A stretch of 64,000 nt of DNA from a virus (taxonomy: Duplodnaviria; Caudoviricetes). Positions 21,401-30,358 of the stretch are shown here, in pieces. The first letter of the stretch is position 1. Each line of letters opens with the position of its first letter. Location: IMG/VR virus record IMGVR_UViG_3300050034_000334; one strand, given 5' to 3'. A program made the position numbers and the translations under genes. The notes below the pieces were generated by a model, which was not told where the DNA came from, did no database searches, and saw only the letters and a list, made by a program, of their open reading frames with translations.

Positions 21401-21919
21401 GGCGAATTCATTGCGGCGGCTCTTGCCGGCCTGAACCTCAACACGGCAAACGACGTTGCAACCTCGCTCACCAACCAGAACCTGGTAGGATTCACTCAGC
21501 TTCTGCAACGCTACGACGATCCCACCAAGGATCTCATGGCAGGAAGCGGAATCACGGTCTTGGAAGAGAACAACGGAGCACTGTATGTTCGCGACTACCT
21601 GACCACTGATCCTTCGAACCCGATCACCAGCGAGCCGACTTCCACCACTATCGTCGACTACACTCGCCAGCAGTTCCGCCTTGGCCTCAAGCAGTTCATC
21701 GCTCGCAAGTTCACGGCTCAACTCCTGAACGACATCACGATCGTCTCCAACTCGATCTTGACGTCACTGGTTGGCAACGAAATTCTATCGGCTTTCGCAA
21801 ATCTGTCGGTGGTTGCAAGTCCGACCGATCCAACCGTCGCTCTGGTCACTGTGGCCATCAAGCCTATCTTCGCTCTGAAGTACATCCAGGTCACCTTCTC
21901 GGTGGCTACACAGCTGTAA
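18425..21919 (+). CDS. contractile tail sheath protein with inserted Ig-like repeats
   Basis: Start reassigned to ATG 18425 after GGGAG (MALFDQYTKPGVYT); sheath-typical N-terminal PGVY and C-terminal TIVDY.R...VTVAIKPIFALKYIQVTFSV. Confidence 0.9.
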   Translation: MALFDQYTKPGVYTDVKIVNAGTPLFGTARVPVLIGEGVQSFTYSDVEIPRGSVAGGNESVVGEDISSQANGITTVFQLSYYPVVTGDGTDTVSTNPADITVSANGIQCAVAALNGALGQFTCYEIPAGSDVVVNYSFDRTDTLITNENLTNQIPTFASLTLQTLALSLSVPGATGNEVTLAFTLASSMNGVADVAAVTVNGNAVSVELRNNDIGNTIRTVGKVASLLNNVLTLSAGYILVASASTTPATAVSATPFVGGTGQSTNTTFSVSHLPITDGSNAGAATTTPSDVTVLVNGTAASVTAVNGAAGQFTLATGVTTGQTLEVSYYTNTYQRTFDVIPSPNVSSIIEVGLGPDRSDYIQGIDYVLSGNTISWGAAVTTEQGAVIGTTAPFNGLYIITTLKDDHAYLRKVTGGISNSVNLSFTLADVPVDGSGLGNPTNDPSLIKVYVGTDPIAAFTSGVVTVSSLRGDSATVVLKNPPAIGSFVYASYYRSVLNDHTLSLTATNPAASGYIITDENGIVVPTAQITTIMTGGGITPASESTTMVWPYSFSDLKAAIEGPNEVVTLTFQNDSLYQNTVPGTQAGATIQHLVLQATTIGVNVTTNVSFVAGAPVADSLAVTVTGEAISVNITTSISGVRTMGDILTIFDTYPVSTTLAGVVLATLSSTYTATPATAAGPISFSGGTATTGTNPYADRFIVTSTLSSGSAGTGYVGQTYVDARTGLKFTLVPMFPSTAALSYGYTSAPSGYIWEPADTIAITVSNATTRHASQIPTIDVPGVWTEVEQFFNVGTGNTAIITTFNGSGNGPSVGEYYYITYTVAKQASDYALKLYTSAADAYAAYGQPSAINRLSLGIYLATLNGAQTFGCIQVPQQLNSNQAADSEYIAALQTLTTTLPGSDSKVNVIVPLSTSLTVQQALSRQLITQAQIRNRGEAIGFVGFNQFTTPTLARQYARSLANSRVVAVAPFYAAVQLPTQDANGVFEVIGVTGEFIAAALAGLNLNTANDVATSLTNQNLVGFTQLLQRYDDPTKDLMAGSGITVLEENNGALYVRDYLTTDPSNPITSEPTSTTIVDYTRQQFRLGLKQFIARKFTAQLLNDITIVSNSILTSLVGNEILSAFANLSVVASPTDPTVALVTVAIKPIFALKYIQVTFSVATQL

Positions 21920-21924
21920 CCCAC

Positions 21925-21950
21925 GGGGAGGAGCGATCCTCCCCACATTT
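21925..21950 (+). terminator. intrinsic terminator after the sheath gene
   Basis: 8-bp stem GGGGAGGA/TCCTCCCC, GCGA tetraloop, followed by ACATTTTCT. Confidence 0.65.
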
Positions 21951-21969
21951 TCTCGTCTGGTGAAGACAA

Positions 21970-22812
21970 ATGAAATCAAAGATGATCGCGCGTCGCAAGC
22001 AAGCAGCACCTCCGGTAACTCCTGCGGCCCCGGCTCCTCCAAAGCCTGTGGCTGCTCCACCTCCGGTTCCTGGTGTTGGTGCACCTCCAGTTCCTACGGC
22101 TCCTCAGGAATACCAATCCACTGATGAAGCTCTCAAGGCTGTCAGCACTGACGTCCTGGCTTCAATGGTGAAGGCTCTCGTGGGTGGCAAGGAATTTGCG
22201 AACGACAAGGCGGCTCAGTTCTTGATCGAAACCATGACGGCTGAACTCAAGACTCGTCCGGTCCAGGTCGAGGATGGCGAACCTCGTCTCGCCTCCAACA
22301 AGAAGAAGGCCGGTTGGATTTCCGTCAACGACAAGACCATGGATCTCGAAGAAGGTGGCGATCGAGTTCCGGAAATTGCTGAAGCTCACGGAAAGCTGGA
22401 AGATCACACTGGCATCGTGAAGACCAGGGTGGTTCTCCCCGAGAAGCTCGCTGCTGCTGAAATTTCTACGGCTTCTGCAGTAAAGAAGGCTGAAGGATAC
22501 GTTGCCAGTCTGAAGAACACATACCTCGAATCCAAGGTTCTGAGCACTGTCAATGGAACTCGTCCAGTTCGCGAAGCGGTCGAGTCCATCTATGCTGCCT
22601 CTCTTCGGATGGCCGATGCGACAAAGACACTTGCCAAACAGCAAGAGCAGGAAGAAGAGGAATCCGAAAAGGCCAGGAAGGCTCTTGAAACCAAGAAGTC
22701 AAGTTCGAAGTACAAGCTGGGCGGTTTGATGGTCGCGGCGGCTGAAGACGAGATCAAAGAAGACATTTGCAAGACTTGCAGAAAGCCTCAGTCTGCTTGT
22801 ACCTGCGAGTAG
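21970..22812 (+). CDS. hypothetical virion protein (Pro-rich N-terminus, K-x-A motifs)
   Basis: 280 aa between sheath and tube; strongly biased codons; C-terminal CxxC..CxC. Confidence 0.6.
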   Translation: MKSKMIARRKQAAPPVTPAAPAPPKPVAAPPPVPGVGAPPVPTAPQEYQSTDEALKAVSTDVLASMVKALVGGKEFANDKAAQFLIETMTAELKTRPVQVEDGEPRLASNKKKAGWISVNDKTMDLEEGGDRVPEIAEAHGKLEDHTGIVKTRVVLPEKLAAAEISTASAVKKAEGYVASLKNTYLESKVLSTVNGTRPVREAVESIYAASLRMADATKTLAKQQEQEEEESEKARKALETKKSSSKYKLGGLMVAAAEDEIKEDICKTCRKPQSACTCE

Positions 22813-22871
22813 TTTCTTCAAGTTTTCTTACTACCGGGCACCAGAGTTAGAAGCACACAGGAGATTGAATC

Positions 22872-23555
22872 ATGGCAACGGGCGCATATCTTTACCAAGA
22901 GGGGGCAACTCCTCAAACAAGCACAGTCCTGAGCACCCGCTTCCGCATCTTTTCACATGCGGTGGGCAACGGCAAGTTCACGAAGTTGGGAGTGACGTCT
23001 TCTTTCAACATTCAGGAACAACGCAATGTCGAAGCGGTGCGTGGCTTGGGATTTGGCGATCAGGTTGCTGAGCTTGTGCCCGGAGTGACGGCCCCGATGT
23101 CAATCTCTGTGAATCGCACCGCTCTGTACCTGGCAAATCTTCAGCAGATGATGGGATACAAGGCTGGCGTTTCCGGCCTGGTCCGTTCACTGCGTCACCA
23201 CAAGTGGCCCTTCGATATCAAGACCGAGATCGCCTTCTCGGAACTGGTGTCCGAGCTTGGCAGTGGTGCAGGCCCCGATTCAACAGTGGCGTCCTACTTC
23301 AACAGCGAGGGCGGTCTCAACAACTATGGCAACACCGGAATCTACGCTGTGGCCACGGTTTACGAGGGATGCTGGATGGAGTCCTACACATCCAACTACC
23401 AGGTCGAGCAGGCAGCGGTAACTGAAGATTGCCAGATTGTGGTGACGGATATCTTTGATTGCAGTGGGAGCGTGTACGGTGAGTTCATCGACGGAGGACT
23501 CAATAAAAATGACCCCACCGGCAGAAGCCTCTTGTTTTCTTTAGTTGGAAGCTAA
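22872..23555 (+). CDS. tail tube protein
   Basis: 227 aa; FNIQEQRNVEAVRGLGFGDQVAELVPG, ISVNRTALY, YEGCWMESY...EDCQI tube-fold pattern; close to the sheath gene. Confidence 0.8.
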   Translation: MATGAYLYQEGATPQTSTVLSTRFRIFSHAVGNGKFTKLGVTSSFNIQEQRNVEAVRGLGFGDQVAELVPGVTAPMSISVNRTALYLANLQQMMGYKAGVSGLVRSLRHHKWPFDIKTEIAFSELVSELGSGAGPDSTVASYFNSEGGLNNYGNTGIYAVATVYEGCWMESYTSNYQVEQAAVTEDCQIVVTDIFDCSGSVYGEFIDGGLNKNDPTGRSLLFSLVGS

Positions 23556-23640
23556 CCCAGTTTACTGACACAAGTCTGAACTTCGCAGTATTAGAGAGGT
23601 GAGCAGAACATCGTTCACCTTTTCTATTGCGAGGATTCCA

Positions 23641-24567
23641 ATGAACGTCTTCACCGTTTATAAAACCGTCAATCTGATCAATCATCGCTATTATCAAGGA
23701 GTCCACGAAACTTCTAATCCCAACGACAGCTATCTAGGTTCCGGCATCGTTCTCACAAGAGCCGTAGCCAAGTATGGTGCCAGCAACTTCTCCAAAGAAA
23801 TCTTATTCGTATACAACACAGCAGAAGAAGCCTTCTCCAAAGAGGTCGAACTTTGCGCTATTTCCAAAAATGATCCTCTTTGCTACAATCTACATCCCGG
23901 TGGCAAAGGAGGTTTCAAGTTCATACTAGATCATCACCTGATGACTCCAGTACCCAAAGAATTCCTCACAGGTCGCAAGCCCGGTTCCAAGAATCTCATT
24001 GTCCCTGTCACAATATTTCCTGAACCAGTTTGTAAGTACGGATGTGGACTAGGAGCCAGGTTTCTTCTTGGAGAGAAAGGCACTCCTTGCTGCTCTGATC
24101 ATTCTGGTAAGTGTGCCGGATATAAAGCCTCAAAGAAGTCCACCAAAGTGAAACGAATCTATAAACAAGAGTTGATCTGTTTCTACGGATGTGATAGGTC
24201 TGCCAGCTATCTTCTAGGAGTTAGTGAGAAACCTTGTTGTTCCAAATCCTTTTACGATTGTCCTGGTCACTGGAATAATAGACCGAGCATATCTCTTCCG
24301 GAAATGAGAGCAAAATCAGAGATTACTATGTTGAAGAGGTACGGAGTAGTTAATCCGTCATCGGATCCTGAACTTCTCGCTAAAAGAACAGCAACTAATG
24401 TTAGACTCTATGGAGGAGCCAGCCCCACCTGTGATTCCACCGTTAATCAAAAGCGCATTCGTACCAACAAGAAACGCTTTGGTGGCAACGCTCCAGCCTG
24501 TTCTAAGGAAATCAGGGACAAGATGAATGCTACTCGGAGGAAATCCAAACTTCTCCCCTCTTCTTAG
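23641..24567 (+). mobile_element. free-standing GIY-YIG (Seg-like) homing endonuclease
   Basis: TVYKTVNLINHRYYQGVH...YLGSG; two Cys-rich repeats and three T..KRYG..NP-type repeats. ATG 23641 preferred over GTG 23599. Confidence 0.88.
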
Positions 24568-24574
24568 AGGCAAT

Positions 24575-24991
24575 ATGATGTATAGTCGTCTTCTCCAGCC
24601 TAAGACTGCAGTCTTCTACGCTTCCCCTGAAGGAGAAACTGACGATCCATTCTATGGACCTATTCCCAGAGGGGTGGGCGGTGCAGATCTTGACGGTATT
24701 CCGGACTCTCCGATAAACAACAAAACTCCTGAATATGCTGAGGAGTCTCGCGGGTACAAGAACCCTCTGGCTGAGAAGGGAACTGAGAACAAGGATGAGG
24801 ATGCCAACTTGGTGGAAGGAATTCCTCCCGGTTTGATTGTGGCAGGAGTGGATATCCACGAGTCTCCGACGAAGCTCCCGCCGCGCAATGATCTACGCAG
24901 ACACCTCGACAAAGACGCTCTAGAAGAAGATGAAGAGCCTGAGATGAGGCATCTGATCTCATGTTTAGTAGTTGCTGAGAAGGAAATCTGA
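24575..24991 (+). CDS. acidic hypothetical head-associated protein
   Basis: ATG 24575 after GAGG; acidic; contains a KTA motif; lies in the head gene block. Confidence 0.55.
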   Translation: MMYSRLLQPKTAVFYASPEGETDDPFYGPIPRGVGGADLDGIPDSPINNKTPEYAEESRGYKNPLAEKGTENKDEDANLVEGIPPGLIVAGVDIHESPTKLPPRNDLRRHLDKDALEEDEEPEMRHLISCLVVAEKEI

Positions 24992-25017
24992 CTAAGAGAC
25001 TCTCTATAGGAAGCACA

Positions 25018-26007
25018 ATGACGAAACTGCCTTTTGGACACAAAATCTCGCAGGCTAATCCAACATGGGATGAAGTGTGCCTTGAGATGATTCTGGAGAA
25101 GTACCCGGACTGCGACCAGAAAGCAGTGGAAAACTATCTGAAATTTGTAGCGGATGGAAAACAAGTAAATGGAAAATTAGAAGGTCATCATACCTTGATG
25201 AGAGCTGATTTTCCTCAGTATATAGACACACCTGTTAACATCGTTAAGCTGACAGCACGCAATCACTTTGTAGCTCACTACTTGTTAGCAAAGGCGGTTC
25301 CATCATCTTCCAGTATTCAAATCACTTTTTATCTCATGGCCAACATGAAAAGGGCTATGTATCTAAAATTGCAAGAAGTTTATAAGATGGCAGATGTATA
25401 CGAAGCCTCTAAACTTCACATACCTTCGACAAAGGGGTTCACTCCAGTTTATAACCCAGATACTAAAATGGTTGTACTCATGTCTAAAACAGATCCTGTA
25501 GTGGTTTCAGGACAGTTTAGACATCACACAACAGGAACTACTTCAGTGAGAGACAAGCAGAGGAACTGTTTTCGTGTTCCCAAAGACGACTCTAGGATAA
25601 TTTCCGGAGAATTACAACCAATCAACAAAGGAAGAAAAGTTCGTATGAATACAGTAACGGGAGAAACTGCTTCTATGATTGCTGGAGATGTCAGGCTAGA
25701 AGATCCCAACTGGGTTCATCCCTCTACAGGAAAAGTAGCTGTAGTTGATTCAGAAGGAAATACTTTTTCTGTCTCAAAAAATGATTCTCGTTTTCTTTCA
25801 GGTGAATTACGTGGTGTAATGTCAGCTGCCTCTGAGGATACTAGAAAAAGAATCGGAAATGCTCAGTTAGGTAGACATCCTTCTCTGGAATTGAGAAAAT
25901 TGTGGAGTAAGCGACGTAAAGGACGGGTTGTTTCACAGAAGACAAGAGACAAAATCAGTGCCTCTCATTTTCTTATGCATCAGAAAAGGAGAGAAAATGT
26001 CATTTAA
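25018..26007 (+). mobile_element. free-standing HNH homing endonuclease
   Basis: EGHHTL...FP...NIVKLTARNHFVAH; four ~31-aa repeats; NUMOD3-like tail. Confidence 0.88.
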
Positions 26008-26872
26008 GAAGCAGGCTCAGGCAGTACTAGCCAGCCCACTTGTCAGTCTTAATGATTGGCATAAGATGTATGGAAATAACGCTTTTGGAGTTAAGACTGC
26101 CTCATTGAAGAAAGTTGCGGAGTCATCTCAGTACCTTCTATCTCATTGCACAATTATGGCATCAGTAATGGTAGAGGCAGAACCTTATGACTACCTAATT
26201 AAGCCTGAGACGAGCCATTTGGCTAATAATAATCAGGACGCCTGGAGTAATGAAGTACTCAAAATGAGTCACAAATCTTTCATTGGTGCATTCAATTTTC
26301 TTGAACACTTCCAAAATTCTAAGCATGCCAAGGGACATATTCTAGACGCTGTCCTTCGTAAAGTATCGATTGCTTCTCCGGATATTTGGGTCTACTTTTG
26401 TGATATTTTGGTAGCAACAGATATGAAACATGAATCACTTGTAGGAGATATCCGTTCGGGTAAAACTAAGTATATGTCGATGGGTTGCGTCGCAGATGAA
26501 GTTACATGCTCCTTTTGTGGAACTAGAGTCACTGATGCCAACACCTATTGTCAGCATCTCAATTTTCAGAAAGGCATGTTCATGCCTGATGACGACGGTG
26601 TTCCTCGGATCATAGTGGAATTGTGCGGACGGCCTTCGCTTCCAGGTGGTGGAGTTCATTTTATCGAGGCTTCATGGGTTGAGACCCCTGCCTTTCCTGG
26701 AGCGGAACTTCGTGGGATTATATCTGACGAGAACGGGAACGATACCTGGACAGGACCTAAGACTAAGTTTACATATAGTACCACCGCTGGAATTAAGAAA
26801 GCTGCCTCTAGTCCAAGAGAAGAGTTGTCCAGAGCTTCCATTGCCGATTTTAGACGGAGGTTTGGTTCATGA
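25997..26872 (+). CDS. prohead (capsid maturation) protease
   Basis: Start ATG 25997 after AGGAG; NFLEH (His), MSMG (Ser), CSFC..CQH zinc insert and FIEASWVETPA, as in assemblin/HK97-type proteases; directly upstream of scaffold and capsid genes. Confidence 0.8.
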   Translation: MSFKKQAQAVLASPLVSLNDWHKMYGNNAFGVKTASLKKVAESSQYLLSHCTIMASVMVEAEPYDYLIKPETSHLANNNQDAWSNEVLKMSHKSFIGAFNFLEHFQNSKHAKGHILDAVLRKVSIASPDIWVYFCDILVATDMKHESLVGDIRSGKTKYMSMGCVADEVTCSFCGTRVTDANTYCQHLNFQKGMFMPDDDGVPRIIVELCGRPSLPGGGVHFIEASWVETPAFPGAELRGIISDENGNDTWTGPKTKFTYSTTAGIKKAASSPREELSRASIADFRRRFGS

Positions 26873-26942
26873 AGATTACCTGTTGGTATAAGAAACGACT
26901 TCAAAACACCCTAGTAGTGAGTGGTTCACTGGAGACTGCGCA

Positions 26943-28976
26943 ATGCGTAAACTTTCTCAACTGAAACAGGCTCTCTTGAAGAAGGAAGCTGATCTTGACA
27001 TGCTTGACGACCAGATCATGTCTCTGCCGACTTCTTCAGTCAAGTTTGACTCCCTTGCCCAGAAGCGTGAGGACATGGAAACCGATATCCGTCAGCTTCG
27101 AGAGGGCATCGAGGTTCTCAATGCTTGGGACACTCTCAAGGGCGGCGATTGGTCAGATGAGATGAAACAGTCTCTCGGCGAAATCGATCCGTTGGTCGTG
27201 GAAATGGCGACCGGCGAGGCTGATGAAGGAATGGGCATGGATGATTTGGGTATGGGTGCTCCTCCCATGACCGACTTCGCACCTGAAGCTCCTCTGCCTC
27301 CTCCTGCACCAGCTGTTGAACCTCCTCCCCTGGAAGAGCCTGTAGCACCTCCGCCTGTTGAAGAAAACACCATGGATGAAATTCCTTCCGGTGATGAACT
27401 TGCCGGCGAAGAGCCACCGGCGGAAGAGCCACCTGTCGAGGAAGAACCTCCTGCTGAAGAGGCACCGATTACGGCATCAAGCAAGAAATCCAACTTCCCG
27501 ACTCCAAGTAAGAAAGGCACTCCGGTGCCTACCGCTCAGAAGAAAGGCAACACAACCATGGCGACTGCGACCGAAACCACGAAGTCTTCTTCTCTTAAGG
27601 ATAGAATCGCTGCTATCAAATCAAAGAGAGCAGAAGCGATCAATAAGGAAGCACAGACTAGAGTCGCTTCCGCTTGGACTGTTGCTAAGACTCTTTTGCC
27701 CACAGCCCCTGCAACCATTCAACAGAAGCTAGCAGAATCTCTTCTGGCGAATACCACCAAGGCTCTCAAGGCCATCTGCCGGCAGACAGCGAGAAATGCT
27801 GCTTTCCAGAAGACCTGCGAGGCGATCGCGTCGGTCACCAAGACCACGATGAATGACCTCATGGAGAACCCAAGCATTCTTGCCAGTGAAGAGAGTGCTG
27901 TGAAGTCTGAATTGAAGGGTGATCCCAAGAGTGCCACCACGAAGAAGGCTGACGACCGCAAGGACGCTGGCCCGGTGCCTCCTGCTTATCCCGAACCCAT
28001 CCGCAAGGAACCTGCTGAGATCGATGCCGGCAAGGCTGGCGATCGTGAAAAGGACACCGTCGACAAGACCATGAGCGACCAGAAGGTCACGCCCAAGGAA
28101 GCAGCCAAGACCAAGAAGGCCTGCTCTGCCTGTGGCAAGGATCACCTGGAAGGCGAATGCTCGATGGCGCCAACAGCGTCCAAGAAGACCAAGAAGGCCG
28201 GTCCTGAGGACATGGCTCCCCCGGCTGCAGGCCCCACGGCTCCTCCAGTTGAAGAAGGCGGCGACATGCCTCTACCTCCTCTGCCGGAAGAGGGTGAAGG
28301 CGAAGAGAAGCCTGAAGGTGAGTCCGAGGAAGTGGTTGGCGACGAAGAGAAGCTCGAAGTTGTTGAGCAGATCGACGAAGTCATCCAGGACATCGAACAG
28401 ATCAAGGATGACATCGAGGAGAATTCCGAAGAGCTCAACCTTGAAAGCATCTTCGACAACGACAAGCTCGAGGACAAGGAAGCATCTCTCGCCAACAATG
28501 GCAACGTCACTGCCGGCGAAGACGACAATGACTTCCTACCCAGTTCAGCCCAGAACATGGAAGCCAGCATGGAAGAGTCTCCCATCGGTGACATGTTCGA
28601 CCTGACTGCCTCCGATGCTGACCCGATGGCTCGTCTCTTGGGCAGCACCAAGTATGCCGAAGTGGACGCGTCTCTGTCCAAGGTCGTGAAGCCTGGGGAT
28701 ATCGCTCAGACCTTCAAGACTGATGCCGTTGGCAAGGATCCTCGTGATAACGAAACCGATCACGAAGATTCTCTGCTGACTGACATCCTCAAGAGTCTCG
28801 ACCAGGACGACTACGACACCACTCGTGACCAGACTTCGCACCAGGAAGAGCCCACCGAGGCCAACACCAAGGTCGGCACCAAGAAGTCCATCACCAAACT
28901 GAAGACTGTGGTTGCGGCGGCTCCTGCTGCGGAATCCAATCTGGCGTCTCTGCTGTTCAGCGACGACGACATGTAA
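26943..28976 (+). CDS. scaffold/internal head protein
   Basis: 677 aa; very acidic, Pro-rich and coiled-coil; between protease and capsid genes; many K-x-A motifs. Confidence 0.65.
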   Translation: MRKLSQLKQALLKKEADLDMLDDQIMSLPTSSVKFDSLAQKREDMETDIRQLREGIEVLNAWDTLKGGDWSDEMKQSLGEIDPLVVEMATGEADEGMGMDDLGMGAPPMTDFAPEAPLPPPAPAVEPPPLEEPVAPPPVEENTMDEIPSGDELAGEEPPAEEPPVEEEPPAEEAPITASSKKSNFPTPSKKGTPVPTAQKKGNTTMATATETTKSSSLKDRIAAIKSKRAEAINKEAQTRVASAWTVAKTLLPTAPATIQQKLAESLLANTTKALKAICRQTARNAAFQKTCEAIASVTKTTMNDLMENPSILASEESAVKSELKGDPKSATTKKADDRKDAGPVPPAYPEPIRKEPAEIDAGKAGDREKDTVDKTMSDQKVTPKEAAKTKKACSACGKDHLEGECSMAPTASKKTKKAGPEDMAPPAAGPTAPPVEEGGDMPLPPLPEEGEGEEKPEGESEEVVGDEEKLEVVEQIDEVIQDIEQIKDDIEENSEELNLESIFDNDKLEDKEASLANNGNVTAGEDDNDFLPSSAQNMEASMEESPIGDMFDLTASDADPMARLLGSTKYAEVDASLSKVVKPGDIAQTFKTDAVGKDPRDNETDHEDSLLTDILKSLDQDDYDTTRDQTSHQEEPTEANTKVGTKKSITKLKTVVAAAPAAESNLASLLFSDDDM

Positions 28977-29002
28977 ACCCAGTAAAACCAGTTACATCAC
29001 AG

Positions 29003-29035
29003 GGTCGGCTCAGATTAACCTCTGAGCCGATTCTA
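29003..29035. terminator. hairpin between convergent scaffold and endonuclease genes
   Basis: Perfect 10-bp stem TCGGCTCAGA (29005-29014)/TCTGAGCCGA (29021-29030), 6-nt loop. Confidence 0.65.
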
Positions 29036-29659
29036 TTTGAAGTGAAGACAGTATCTTCTATGTCCTCCATAAACTCCCTTGGTGACTTGAATGAACTTCG
29101 CTCCACATTTAGGACAGGTGTAATCATGCAATTTAGTATTCTCAGTTAAATTCACTCTTGTAGCAACGGAAGATTGAGACTGTTTTCTGGGGATATTCCA
29201 ACTGTTAGATATTTTGTCCTTGTGATCCTTGGTTTTTGGTACTCCAGTAAGTTTATCAGATAATGCCTTGGCTGCTTTTCGATGAATTTCTTTAGTTCCT
29301 TCAGGATCGTCAATCCACTGCTGTTTCTTGAATTGACTCAGCTTTCTTTTGGTCTCTTCGTTGGCTCGACATCCGTGACCACCGAGAGTGAGATTGTACC
29401 CGATCTTGGGATCAGATGAACGAAGAAGAATGATCCAGAGAGTTTCAAATTCGTTCAACTTGTCTATACTGGAGGTTTCACAAAGAAGTTCCATAGTGAA
29501 ACTTGACTCTCCATATTTTCTCATTGCTTTGTACAAATAGGAATTATCTCCATATTTAGCATTTTTGACATGCTGATTCCATCGTTCTCTCAGTGAAAGA
29601 ACAGTTTGGCCAACATAGAATTTTCCGTTAACGAGATTGGTGATTAAGTAGACGCACAT
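29033..29659 (-). mobile_element. free-standing GIY-YIG homing endonuclease (antisense in the head operon)
   Basis: CVYLITNLVNGKFYVGQT...ERW...FETLWI...GYNLT; strand checked by hand. Confidence 0.9.
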
Positions 29660-29835
29660 GATTACTATGGCCTAAGTAGTCGATTGATACGGGCATTATC
29701 GCTAATTGCCTAAAAAACTGGATTACAACCCCCATAAGTGTAGGATGGCTGCTGGTCATCTATAGATCTTGTCTTAGCTTGACTGATCTGGATGGCTGAC
29801 AAATCAAAACCAGACTATGTAGCTGAGATTCAACC

Positions 29836-30318
29836 ATGTTGAAACTTGACTATTACGGTCAGAACGATGGAACCACGGTTCCAAACGTCACCCTCACAGG
29901 TGACCCCGGTACTGACCAGCTCACGTTGACCAATGCAGGTTACTTGGGCGGAAAGATCATGGCGGTCGTAGGCACTTACTCCGACGGCTCTGCTCTTATC
30001 GCTCCCTGCGATGGCAACACCATGTCGCCCTATGGGACACTCATCAATGGCCCCGGTGAATTTGCCGGCGCTATCGGTCCCTCTGGCTCCAAGAAGGCCC
30101 CTGTCGTCCGCTCCATGTGGAAGGGTTCGGTCGACAATCAGGCTTATGACACAACCAAGCAGTACGTGGTCGGCACTCCGCTGTACGCGGGTACTGGCGG
30201 CGCGGCTGGACTCTACACCAATGCAACACCTGGTGGAGTTGCCAAGATCGTTGGACTTGTCACAGCAGTCCCAACTCAGCAGAACTCTTTCCTGCTGGGC
30301 GTCGGATCACTGATCTAA
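29836..30318 (+). CDS. capsid decoration/cement protein
   Basis: 160 aa, Gly/Thr-rich beta protein directly upstream of the major capsid gene; highly biased codons. Confidence 0.6.
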   Translation: MLKLDYYGQNDGTTVPNVTLTGDPGTDQLTLTNAGYLGGKIMAVVGTYSDGSALIAPCDGNTMSPYGTLINGPGEFAGAIGPSGSKKAPVVRSMWKGSVDNQAYDTTKQYVVGTPLYAGTGGAAGLYTNATPGGVAKIVGLVTAVPTQQNSFLLGVGSLI

Positions 30319-30358
30319 CCCAACGCTGCTCTTAAAGAGAGAAATCGGAGAAATTCAA

